A DNA stretch of 53,635 nucleotides, from the IMG/VR virus record IMGVR_UViG_3300027917_000057, positions 1-53,635 of that record; one strand, 5' to 3'. The position numbers were made by a program, and so were the translations under genes. Within the stretch, counting starts at the first letter, position 1. The number at the start of each line of letters is the position of its first letter. The notes under the pieces were generated by a model. It was not told the origin of the DNA. It saw only the letters and a list, made by a program, of their open reading frames with translations, and did not search any database. Shown piece after piece: positions 46,213 to 53,635 of the stretch. This DNA comes from a virus. Lineage: Duplodnaviria > Caudoviricetes.

Positions 46213-46234
46213 AACAGGGCCCGTAGGCCCTGTT
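46213..46234. terminator. Bidirectional terminator-like hairpin between convergent operons
   Basis: AACAGGGCC-CGTA-GGCCCTGTT. Confidence 0.65.
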
Positions 46235-46248
46235 CCTGACCTTGCTTC

Positions 46249-47559
46249 CTACTCTGGAAGTATTGGCGGCTTGAGAGCCTGGTTCTTTTCGCAGACGACA
46301 ATGTGCCCCCAGTTGGCGGGCTTTCTAGCCCAAGGGGTTCGGACTACACACCAGATTACGTCCATGCCTCTCGGAGGAGCTGCTGGTGCAACTCCGTCGC
46401 CGTCAGTGATGTAGATCACGAGATTGGGCCGCGGTCGTAGCTTTACTAGCTTCTCGAAGGCGATTCTGAAGTCGGTACCGCCTCTACCATGGAACCCCAG
46501 ATTGGGTATCTGCGCTGCGCGCACCTGCTGGCAGTAGTGGACGTCTACGTCGACGTGTAGCAACCAAATCTTGTCGGAAGTGATCTTCTTGGCGATGTGG
46601 AAGCTTTCGTTGTGGGCATCTTGTAGCTGATCGGGCCCCATGGACCCCGAGGTGTCCACCACCACTGCTGCCACGATTGGGCGGTCCACAAGTCCGCTCA
46701 GCAGCGCGCCAGTAAACATGCCTGTCATGGAGGGGCGCTGCATCGAATAGTCACGAGCACCTGCTCGGATGGCTCCGGAGGAACGTCTGGCAACTTGCCT
46801 AAATTTTTGGCGCCAGTTGACGTCTGGGGGTTTGATCTTGGTTTTGATGAGCTCGTGGTACCGGCCCGGAACGGACCCCCTACCGTGTGCTTCTATGTAC
46901 TGCTCGATGTCCTCCAGCGTCTTTCTCCTGATGGCTTCTACCTCGGCCGGGCTCTTGCCGTACTGAGCGTCTAGCTCGGCTTCGAGCTCCGCGTTCGAGG
47001 CGTGGCCCCCGCCGCCACCACAGGTTCCTTGCGCGACGCCGATCTGTGGCTGACCTTCACCTTTACCCTTCTTCTCCGCCGCCTTGGCCCTCAATTGGGA
47101 AATGGTGATCTTCTGCTCCGCACACATCTTCTGGAGCTTGTCGTAGTACCACTCCAGGTTCTTCCCGCCTGGGAGCCCCACGTCTTCGGGGTAGATGCCG
47201 CAATCAGGGAGCTCCTCGCCTTCCTCGCGCAGGTCGTAGTTAATGGCCCTATCGCCGGCGTCGTTGGCCAGCTCTAGATCTGGTAGGGCCTCCAGCCGGT
47301 CTATCCCTCGGAGCGGGTGCTCGAGCTCATGGCGTACCAGCCCTGCCATCTTTGCGTCGGTATCGACATAGGGGCTGCGTAGAACGAAGTCTGCCCCTAC
47401 GTACAAGACCAGATGCTTGGTGATCCCCATAGTGACGCCAGGTGTATTGACGACCACAGGAGTCAGGTTGAGCAGAGTTTCCGCTACGTACTCGGTCTTC
47501 TCCAGAATAGCCGCTCTAGCGAGCGCCAGACGGTGAAGGATTGCGGCCTCGTCGTCCAT
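46249..47559 (-). CDS. DUF2201-type metallopeptidase + VWA domain protein
   Basis: HELEH motif; MIDAS DTSGS, GRGGTDF, YITDGDG. Confidence 0.88.
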   Translation of the reverse strand: MDDEAAILHRLALARAAILEKTEYVAETLLNLTPVVVNTPGVTMGITKHLVLYVGADFVLRSPYVDTDAKMAGLVRHELEHPLRGIDRLEALPDLELANDAGDRAINYDLREEGEELPDCGIYPEDVGLPGGKNLEWYYDKLQKMCAEQKITISQLRAKAAEKKGKGEGQPQIGVAQGTCGGGGGHASNAELEAELDAQYGKSPAEVEAIRRKTLEDIEQYIEAHGRGSVPGRYHELIKTKIKPPDVNWRQKFRQVARRSSGAIRAGARDYSMQRPSMTGMFTGALLSGLVDRPIVAAVVVDTSGSMGPDQLQDAHNESFHIAKKITSDKIWLLHVDVDVHYCQQVRAAQIPNLGFHGRGGTDFRIAFEKLVKLRPRPNLVIYITDGDGVAPAAPPRGMDVIWCVVRTPWARKPANWGHIVVCEKNQALKPPILPE

Positions 47560-48821
47560 TACGACCTCTTTGCGCGTAGGATGTACTCGAGCATACCGTT
47601 GTCATTGAGCTCCGCGCAGACCTCTTCAGCAGCATCCGCTACTTGCTCCGAGGGGCAGTCCGAGTCCAGTCTCGCGTGAATCAGAACACGAGCGGGCTGG
47701 ACCACTATGTCGGAGTAGCCTTTGTCCATGCACTTTCTAAGCAGGTCCCAGCATTGTTTCGCTCGTTTGAACTTGTCTTGTGCGTCCTCTTGAGAGACCA
47801 CGAAGTTGACGCATCCTCCCAGAACAGCTCGGACGATGTCCATGCGCTTCGGGATGGACCAACGCCCATCCAGGGCATCCTCTGAAGATGGGAGATTCGC
47901 CTTCTTTCGGTAGGCAAACCATTCTACCGCCAAGCCCTCGCCTACTAGGGAGGAGGCCACATCGATGTGGACCGTCTCGTCCATCTCTAGGCAGGTGGCG
48001 GCGGTGGTGCCGAATACCAGAAGGGACCAAGTTCGAGGAGTCGGCCATGGCTTTGACGCTCTGGGGTCGTCGGGGCCCGGCGGGTTGTAGAACTTGCTGA
48101 CCTCGTGGGTCTCTTCCTTACCGCCCTCGGAGAGCTCCTTGACGATGTGCAGCCCACCGTTGTCCTTCAAGAAGCCGGCAGAGATGTGGAGCTCCTTCTC
48201 GAAGTTCTCCGCCCAGGTGCTCTTGACTTGCTTCTCTGCGTCCTTGAATGAAGGAAGCCCTAACTCCAGCTTCCCACCGGGGGCAAGGCTGCTCATGTAG
48301 TTCTCCCACTGAGGGATAGTGGGGTTGATGTAGTTCTGGTGCCCTGCTCGATTCATCATAGGGATGGTTAGCTCCTGGCCATTCGCTGCGATGTCGGGAG
48401 GGTTCATCGCCATGATGATGCGTACAGACGGAGGCAGCACGTACTCTCCTACCTGACGTTCGTTTATGAACGAGAGAAGAGCTGCCTGTACAGCACCCGG
48501 GGCCGTGGAGATCTCATCTAGGAACAGGCAGGCTTTGCGCACATCAATGGCACTTACCACCTGAGGAAGGATGCACTCGATGCTGAACCCGTTGGGTCCT
48601 ATGACGGGCACACCGGAGAAGTGTTCAGGTTGTTTGGTGCTGCTGTAGATGGGGAAGCAGTACAGCTCTAGTGCTTTGCAGATCTGTCCAAGGCGCGCAC
48701 TTTTAGCTACGCCTGAACCTCCAATGATGTTGAACGGCACCCCCCAATTGGTGAGCACCTCGTTGGGGTTACCAAGAGGCGCCATCAAACAGGTAAGTGC
48801 GAACTTCGTGAATTTATCCAT
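47559..48821 (-). CDS. MoxR-like AAA+ ATPase
   Basis: GGSGVAKS, LFLDEIS, AMNPP, NR and PTPRTW; coupled to the VWA gene. Confidence 0.85.
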   Translation of the reverse strand: MDKFTKFALTCLMAPLGNPNEVLTNWGVPFNIIGGSGVAKSARLGQICKALELYCFPIYSSTKQPEHFSGVPVIGPNGFSIECILPQVVSAIDVRKACLFLDEISTAPGAVQAALLSFINERQVGEYVLPPSVRIIMAMNPPDIAANGQELTIPMMNRAGHQNYINPTIPQWENYMSSLAPGGKLELGLPSFKDAEKQVKSTWAENFEKELHISAGFLKDNGGLHIVKELSEGGKEETHEVSKFYNPPGPDDPRASKPWPTPRTWSLLVFGTTAATCLEMDETVHIDVASSLVGEGLAVEWFAYRKKANLPSSEDALDGRWSIPKRMDIVRAVLGGCVNFVVSQEDAQDKFKRAKQCWDLLRKCMDKGYSDIVVQPARVLIHARLDSDCPSEQVADAAEEVCAELNDNGMLEYILRAKRS

Positions 48822-49104
48822 GCCGCTCCTTCAAGTACTCACTAACTTCTTCCGCCCACTCTCGGGGTAGAACTGTGACAACGCAGTCGTCTTTGATGAC
48901 TAAGAAGCCCTCCTCCGAGTCGAGCTCGAAGGGTACATAGAGCCCGCCCGGTGCGCGCACGTATGTGTTCGCTGCGCGGGCGGACTCGATGCTAGAAGCG
49001 AGCCACTCCAGTAGGGCTCGCTTTGAAAGAGCAGCAGCTGTAGGCCACCGTTCCTTCATTCTTTTGAAGGCGTGAGCGGAGACGTAATGTTTTCCGATGC
49101 CCAT
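48814..49104 (-). CDS. Small protein with an SxHAxxRxxER motif (DUF4258/RelE-like pattern)
   Basis: VSAHAFKRMKERW...LVIKDDCVVTVL; start placed at ATG 49104. Confidence 0.5.
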   Translation of the reverse strand: MGIGKHYVSAHAFKRMKERWPTAAALSKRALLEWLASSIESARAANTYVRAPGGLYVPFELDSEEGFLVIKDDCVVTVLPREWAEEVSEYLKERHG

Positions 49105-49670
49105 TGCCACGCCCTTTCGTGCTTGCAGACGTGCTCGCACTCACCCGTGCGCCAGCAACGTTCCTCCACGCCGAGCTCGCACTCTCCGTTGTTCCGTACT
49201 GGCTCGTCCCAGTACTCCCTGCATTCGACGTTCAGGGTGTTCAGGCAGCAGGTACAGAGGTAGTAGGGCTCGCCTCGTGGCAGGAACAGTACAGAGCGCT
49301 CCCCACTGTCTGGCTGCCTCTCATCTAGGTGTAGCGCTCCAAACTCGATGAGGCCAACTAGCTCGCCGCTTATAACGCTGCTCATGCAGACGTCACACTG
49401 CCGCAAGTGCGGATGCGCCTTGTCTGGTACCGCTCCGTAGATGGTGTTTGCTAGGTCTTCCTGATCCTCCTCCCAACAGTCGGTACACAAGAAGTAGGGG
49501 AGGTAGACGTATTCTCCCTTACAGTCCAACTGGTCGTACAGGAATACGCCTTCCTCGTTCTCATAGATTCGGTGAACGCGGAGGCAGAAGATTTCTTGTC
49601 CTAGTTTGATCTCCTCCTCGCATGCACCGCAGGTATGCCCACTAGAGCTGGGCTTCAAAGTTGTTCCCAT
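49056..49670 (-). CDS. Cys-rich multi-zinc-finger hypothetical protein
   Basis: CGAC, CTDC, CDVC, CTCC plus C-terminal Cys residues; start placed at ATG 49670. Confidence 0.6.
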   Translation of the reverse strand: MGTTLKPSSSGHTCGACEEEIKLGQEIFCLRVHRIYENEEGVFLYDQLDCKGEYVYLPYFLCTDCWEEDQEDLANTIYGAVPDKAHPHLRQCDVCMSSVISGELVGLIEFGALHLDERQPDSGERSVLFLPRGEPYYLCTCCLNTLNVECREYWDEPVRNNGECELGVEERCWRTGECEHVCKHERAWQWASENITSPLTPSKE

Positions 49671-50248
49671 CTGATCCGTTCCTCTTCGACGCGCTTCCAT
49701 CGATACTCAAGATTATCGAGACTGGGGTCTGGTCCGAGCCCGGTAACAGGGTCTGCATCCCAAAGAAGGATGTCGTGGCGCTCAACGTCGTTTTTGTCTG
49801 CGCGGTGAATGCGGCGAGAGATCGTTGTCTCTGGTAGTACACCCCACTGATGTTGTGCCCGCAGATTCAACTCTCTTGCAAAGAGGTCATCTGCTAGGTC
49901 AATGTCGTCTACGAACAGACCGATCCAACCGTCGGCCTCATCGTTGACGTAAGAGTACTTCTCTCCCGTCCAGGGGCAGTACTGACCCCCCTTTGCCAGG
50001 CCCAGTAAGACCTCTAGGTCACGCTGGTTGCAAAAGGAGATGAAGCCCTTCTGATCGGTGAGGTGAACACGCAGCCCCCCGATGGCGCGGCCAGGAATGG
50101 GAGCGTAGACACCATCGATGACCCAGACCCGCTCGGACGTCACGGGGTCCTCGAAAGAACAGCCCATGAGTCCGAACGCGTCTGAAAGGAACCGCGTGCC
50201 GGGGATAGGGGCTAGGAGGTCGTTCTCCCTAAACGGGTGAACGATCAC
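49655..50248 (-). CDS. Hypothetical protein
   Basis: Start placed at GTG 50248, downstream of AGGAGG. Confidence 0.6.
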   Translation of the reverse strand: MIVHPFRENDLLAPIPGTRFLSDAFGLMGCSFEDPVTSERVWVIDGVYAPIPGRAIGGLRVHLTDQKGFISFCNQRDLEVLLGLAKGGQYCPWTGEKYSYVNDEADGWIGLFVDDIDLADDLFARELNLRAQHQWGVLPETTISRRIHRADKNDVERHDILLWDADPVTGLGPDPSLDNLEYRWKRVEEERIRWEQL

Positions 50249-50329
50249 GTTCCCTCCTACGCCCCTCTTCGATGCACCATGCCAGCGCACCTTCGAGGAG
50301 GCCTAGGATTAGACCCCACAGGATTATCC

Positions 50330-50446
50330 CTAGCACTCTTCCTCCTTTTCTTCTTGCTCCTCCTCCTTCTGTTCTTCTTCGTTGTCATCGTCGTCTCGAG
50401 GAGTCATGAACAACTCCTCGACATCTTCCTTGATGCCAGGACCCAT
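50330..50446 (-). CDS. 38-aa highly acidic peptide (not in the ORF track)
   Basis: AAGGAGG-N6-ATG; MGPGIKEDVEELFMTPRDDDDNEEEQKEEEQEEKEEEC*. Confidence 0.6.
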   Translation of the reverse strand: MGPGIKEDVEELFMTPRDDDDNEEEQKEEEQEEKEEEC

Positions 50447-50466
50447 GGGGGGCCTCCTTCCATAGT

Positions 50467-50498
50467 TCTTATGCCGTCTCCACCGGTGTTCTTGCGGC
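50467..50498 (-). promoter_or_regulatory. Bipartite promoter-like motif GCCGCAAGAA-N13-GGCATAAGA
   Basis: Same boxes and spacing as 39121-39152; divergent from the RNAP gene. Confidence 0.7.
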
Positions 50499-50536
50499 AG
50501 TGAAGTCGCGTAGAGTACGCTAACCGCAGGGACTAC

Positions 50537-53500
50537 ATGGCGTATCTAGACCCCAAAGAAGCAACCGCTGACCTCAAGGCTGGCGTCCTCGAAGGAATCA
50601 AGAGCCACTTCCCGTTGAAGGGGAGGAACACGACTATTCACCTAGAGGGGATCCACGCCGACGAGCACAAGGCTGACCCAGAGGACGTATCAGGGCAGCA
50701 CGAGGCAAAGGTAAATGGTCGTACGTGGGCAGTGCCCATCATGGCGACGCTCGTCATGAAGGACAATGAGACGGGTAGGGTTCTAGAGAAGAAGACGATG
50801 AAGGTCGGTGACCTTCCAACGATGACGAAGCGGTTCACCTACATGGTGGATGGTAACGAGCTACAGGTAGATAACCAGTGGCAGCTCAAGCCAGGTGTCT
50901 ACACGAGGCGCCGGCAATCTGGGGAGCTCGAAGCGCAGTTCAACGTACCCAATAGAAGGTCATTCGACCTGACCTTCAACCCCGAGAAGAAACTCTTTCG
51001 CATGTCACGGGGAGACTCTGATGCCATCCCTGTGTATCCGCTTATGAAGGAGCTGGGGATAGATGACGACACACTTGAGAAGCATTGGGGGAAGGAGATT
51101 CTGGCAGCGAACAAAGCAGATCGCGGCGTCGCCACAGGGCTGGAGAAGTTCTTCAAGGTAGACAAGAAGAGAGCTCCGAAGGACCTACAGGAGGCCCGTA
51201 GCTACTTCCACGAAGTGATGGCGGACTCGAAGCTCCGTCCAGAGTCTACGGAGGTCACGCTGGGTAAGGGCTTCAGCAACATCAACGGTGAGGTGTTTAC
51301 CCGCGCCACCAATAAAATGCTGGCGGTACAGAACGAGGGTGCCCCCGAAGATGAGCGCGACAGCCTGGTCTTCAAGAACTTGCGAACCACAGGCGACTAC
51401 GCCAAGGACAAGCTAACCTCATGGAACGTTCAGAAGTCTGTGGGGTACAAGGTACGGCGGCAGATCAACAAGCCTGGCGCCAGTATCCGCGAAGTCATCC
51501 CTACTGGTCTGTTCAACGACCAGGTGCGATCTACCTTTACCGACAACGCGTTGGCGCGTACTGCGGATCAGGTCAACCCCTTGGAGATGATGTCGTCTAG
51601 TTTTCAGACGACCATCATGGGCCCAGGCGGCATCCAAAGTGAGCAGGCCATCAAGGACGAGGCCAAGCTCATCAGCCCCAGCCATCTAGGGTATCTGGAC
51701 CCGATCAACACACCCGAGGGAGGTAAGACGGGTGTGACGCTGCGCCTTCCGCTGGGTGTGCGGAAAGAAGGGGAAAGCCCCACAGTTCCTGCGTTCAATA
51801 TCCGTACGGGGAAGATAGAAAGACTCCCTCCCAAGACTTTCCATGACTCCACGATCGTGCTCCCAGACCAGGTACGTTGGCACAAGGGCCGTCCGGTTCC
51901 TGTGAGCAGCGAGGTCAATGTCTCGGGCACGGGTAATCAGATCGAGAAGCAGCCGTTCAAGAAGGCGGACTACGTGATGGTTAACTCCTCTCAGATGTTT
52001 GGGGTTACCAGTAACATGATTCCCTTCCTTGGGAACAACTCGGGCAACCGGGCTAGCTACGCTACTAGTCAGATCGAGCAGGCCATCAGCCTCAAGCACA
52101 GGGATGCCCCACTGGTACAGGTCGGCACGGGTCGTCACGACGAGACCTTCGAGGACTTCATCGGAAAGAACTCTGCCCAGCGCGCACCTGTGACCGGGAC
52201 GGTCGTCGGGGTAACGAAGAGTGCCGTCCACATCAAGGACAGGACTGGTAAGACCCACAAGGTTGGGCTCTACAACGACTTCCCACTGAACGACCAGAAG
52301 GCCGTTCTTGATTCTATGCCGGTGGTGAAGGTAGGAGACAAGGTCAGTGCCGGAGCCGTAGTCGCAGACAACAACTTCACCAAGGAGGGGAAGCTGGCGC
52401 TTGGCGCCAACCTGCGCGTCGCCTACCTTCCCTTCAAGGGGTACAACTTCGAGGACGGCGTGGTCATCAGCGAAAGCGCTGCCAAAAAGATGACCAGCAT
52501 CCACCTACATAAGCCCGAGATCTCAGTAGGAGATGCGGTATCAGATGTGAAGCGCTACCGGATTCATCATCCTGAAGCCTTCACTACGAAGCAGCTAGAG
52601 AAGTTGACCGACAACGGCGTGGTCAAAATTGGGCAGAGAGTGCTGCCAGGAGATCCGCTGGTACTCGCTACCAAGCCCTACGAGCTCAGGGACCGTAACA
52701 GCATCGCTCAAGTTCGCAAGAGCCTGACTAGTCAGCACACGGACGCTAGCCTGGTCTGGAAAAGCGATTACCCCGGTACTGTTGTGGGCGTCCACATGGA
52801 CAAGTCGGGTAAGACTCGAGTCCATGTGAAGACAGAAGAGCCTATGCAGCTGGGCGACAAGATTGCCGGTCGTCACGGAAACAAGGGCATCATCACTGCG
52901 GTACTTCCGGATCATGAGATGCCGCACACAGCGGACGGCAAGCACATTGAGATGGCGCTTAACCCTGCAGGCATCCCTGGGCGCATGAATATGGGTCAGG
53001 TGCTCGAGACCGCAGCCAGCAAGATTGCAGAGAAGACCGGTAAGCCTTTCGTAGTTCAGAACTTCGAGTACGGTGTCGATCAGCTAGACCGAATCAAGAA
53101 GGAGCTGAAGAAGCATGGGCTGAGTGACCAGGAGGAACTCATCGATCCTGTGAGCGGGCAGAAGCTGGGTAAGGCTCTGGTGGGCCCACAGCACATCCTC
53201 AAGCTGAACTTCCAGATCGACAAGAAGGTCAGCGCTCGAGCAGGAACTCCGCTCTTAGGCAGCGAGCCCGAGAGCTACGACATGAATCTGATTCCTTCGG
53301 GTGGAGGAAAGACCGGCGCGCAGTCCATGGGAAACATGGGGATGTACGCCATGCTGGCACATGGTGCCAAGGCAAACATCCGGGAGATGCAGACCTGGAA
53401 GAGTGAGGGAGAAGACCCCCGTGGTCGGTGGAACTCACAGCACAATCAGGTGTGGCGAGCTATCCAGACGGGTGACTACCTTCCCGCCCCCAAGAAGACG

Positions 53501-53635
53501 TTCGCCTTCCAGAAGTTCGAGGACATGCTTCGGGCTGCTGCGATCAACGTCGAGAAGAAGGGGCACAACATCCAGCTCACCCCCATGACGGATGGGCAGA
53601 TCCTGAGCATGAGCGCAGGAGAGATAAAAGATCCG
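50537..53635 (+). CDS. Phage multisubunit-type RNA polymerase, beta fused in frame to beta-prime (truncated by the window end)
   Basis: One frame for 1033 codons, checked at several motifs: GYLDPINTPEG, IPFLGNNSGNRA, GYNFEDG, GDKIAGRHGNKG, NPAGIPGRMNMGQ, then IQLTPMTDGQILSMSAGEIKDP. Confidence 0.92.
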   Translation, partial: MAYLDPKEATADLKAGVLEGIKSHFPLKGRNTTIHLEGIHADEHKADPEDVSGQHEAKVNGRTWAVPIMATLVMKDNETGRVLEKKTMKVGDLPTMTKRFTYMVDGNELQVDNQWQLKPGVYTRRRQSGELEAQFNVPNRRSFDLTFNPEKKLFRMSRGDSDAIPVYPLMKELGIDDDTLEKHWGKEILAANKADRGVATGLEKFFKVDKKRAPKDLQEARSYFHEVMADSKLRPESTEVTLGKGFSNINGEVFTRATNKMLAVQNEGAPEDERDSLVFKNLRTTGDYAKDKLTSWNVQKSVGYKVRRQINKPGASIREVIPTGLFNDQVRSTFTDNALARTADQVNPLEMMSSSFQTTIMGPGGIQSEQAIKDEAKLISPSHLGYLDPINTPEGGKTGVTLRLPLGVRKEGESPTVPAFNIRTGKIERLPPKTFHDSTIVLPDQVRWHKGRPVPVSSEVNVSGTGNQIEKQPFKKADYVMVNSSQMFGVTSNMIPFLGNNSGNRASYATSQIEQAISLKHRDAPLVQVGTGRHDETFEDFIGKNSAQRAPVTGTVVGVTKSAVHIKDRTGKTHKVGLYNDFPLNDQKAVLDSMPVVKVGDKVSAGAVVADNNFTKEGKLALGANLRVAYLPFKGYNFEDGVVISESAAKKMTSIHLHKPEISVGDAVSDVKRYRIHHPEAFTTKQLEKLTDNGVVKIGQRVLPGDPLVLATKPYELRDRNSIAQVRKSLTSQHTDASLVWKSDYPGTVVGVHMDKSGKTRVHVKTEEPMQLGDKIAGRHGNKGIITAVLPDHEMPHTADGKHIEMALNPAGIPGRMNMGQVLETAASKIAEKTGKPFVVQNFEYGVDQLDRIKKELKKHGLSDQEELIDPVSGQKLGKALVGPQHILKLNFQIDKKVSARAGTPLLGSEPESYDMNLIPSGGGKTGAQSMGNMGMYAMLAHGAKANIREMQTWKSEGEDPRGRWNSQHNQVWRAIQTGDYLPAPKKTFAFQKFEDMLRAAAINVEKKGHNIQLTPMTDGQILSMSAGEIKDP

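Noticed and set aside
50638-53588. Listed ORFs overlapping the RNAP gene (e.g. 51686-52504 minus)
   Set aside because: Antisense or alternate-frame shadows of the motif-rich RNAP frame.
50537-53635. Host chromosomal rpoB
   Set aside because: Short and divergent, no ribosomal protein operon, surrounded by phage genes.
1-53635. tRNA/rRNA genes, integrase, transposase, reverse transcriptase/DGR, inteins, stop-codon reassignment
   Set aside because: None recognised by eye; intergenic gaps are short and TAG, TGA and TAA all end genes normally. A tRNAscan/Infernal run would be needed to exclude small RNAs.
1-53635. Apparently frequent CTAG, CTCGAG and GAGCTC palindromes
   Set aside because: Not quantifiable without computation and largely explainable by Leu/Glu codon pairs.

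Overview
This is a segment of a large, GC-rich tailed phage genome with alternating strand blocks. Block 1 (1-22.6 kb, +) holds baseplate, tail and fibre structural genes, a holin-like membrane cassette, a thermonuclease and a permuted papain-like amidase. Block 2 (22.6-39.1 kb, -) is a replication and recombination operon: SF2 helicase, family-4 UDG, DnaB-like helicase, primase, SSB-like protein, family A DNA polymerase, HU-like protein, RecA, two resolvase-like nucleases and a solo Cas4-like nuclease. Block 3 (39.2-46.2 kb, +) is a head module with a portal and a SNF2-like helicase. Block 4 (46.2-50.4 kb, -) carries a MoxR ATPase/VWA pair and small genes. Block 5 (50.5 kb to the end, +) is a phage multisubunit-type RNA polymerase missing from the ORF track, in which beta runs in frame into the beta-prime N-terminus. 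Other signals read directly from the sequence: a bipartite promoter-like motif (GCCGCAAGAA-N13-GGCATAAGA) upstream of the minus-strand operons; a -1 ribosomal frameshift cassette outside the tail module; an apparent ATC start codon for the replicative helicase; a shared leader motif ending in K-x-A/S on unrelated proteins, possibly a capsid-loading or maturation signal; and an unannotated 38-aa peptide that is 50% acidic. All calls come from motif reading by eye; no database searches were run.
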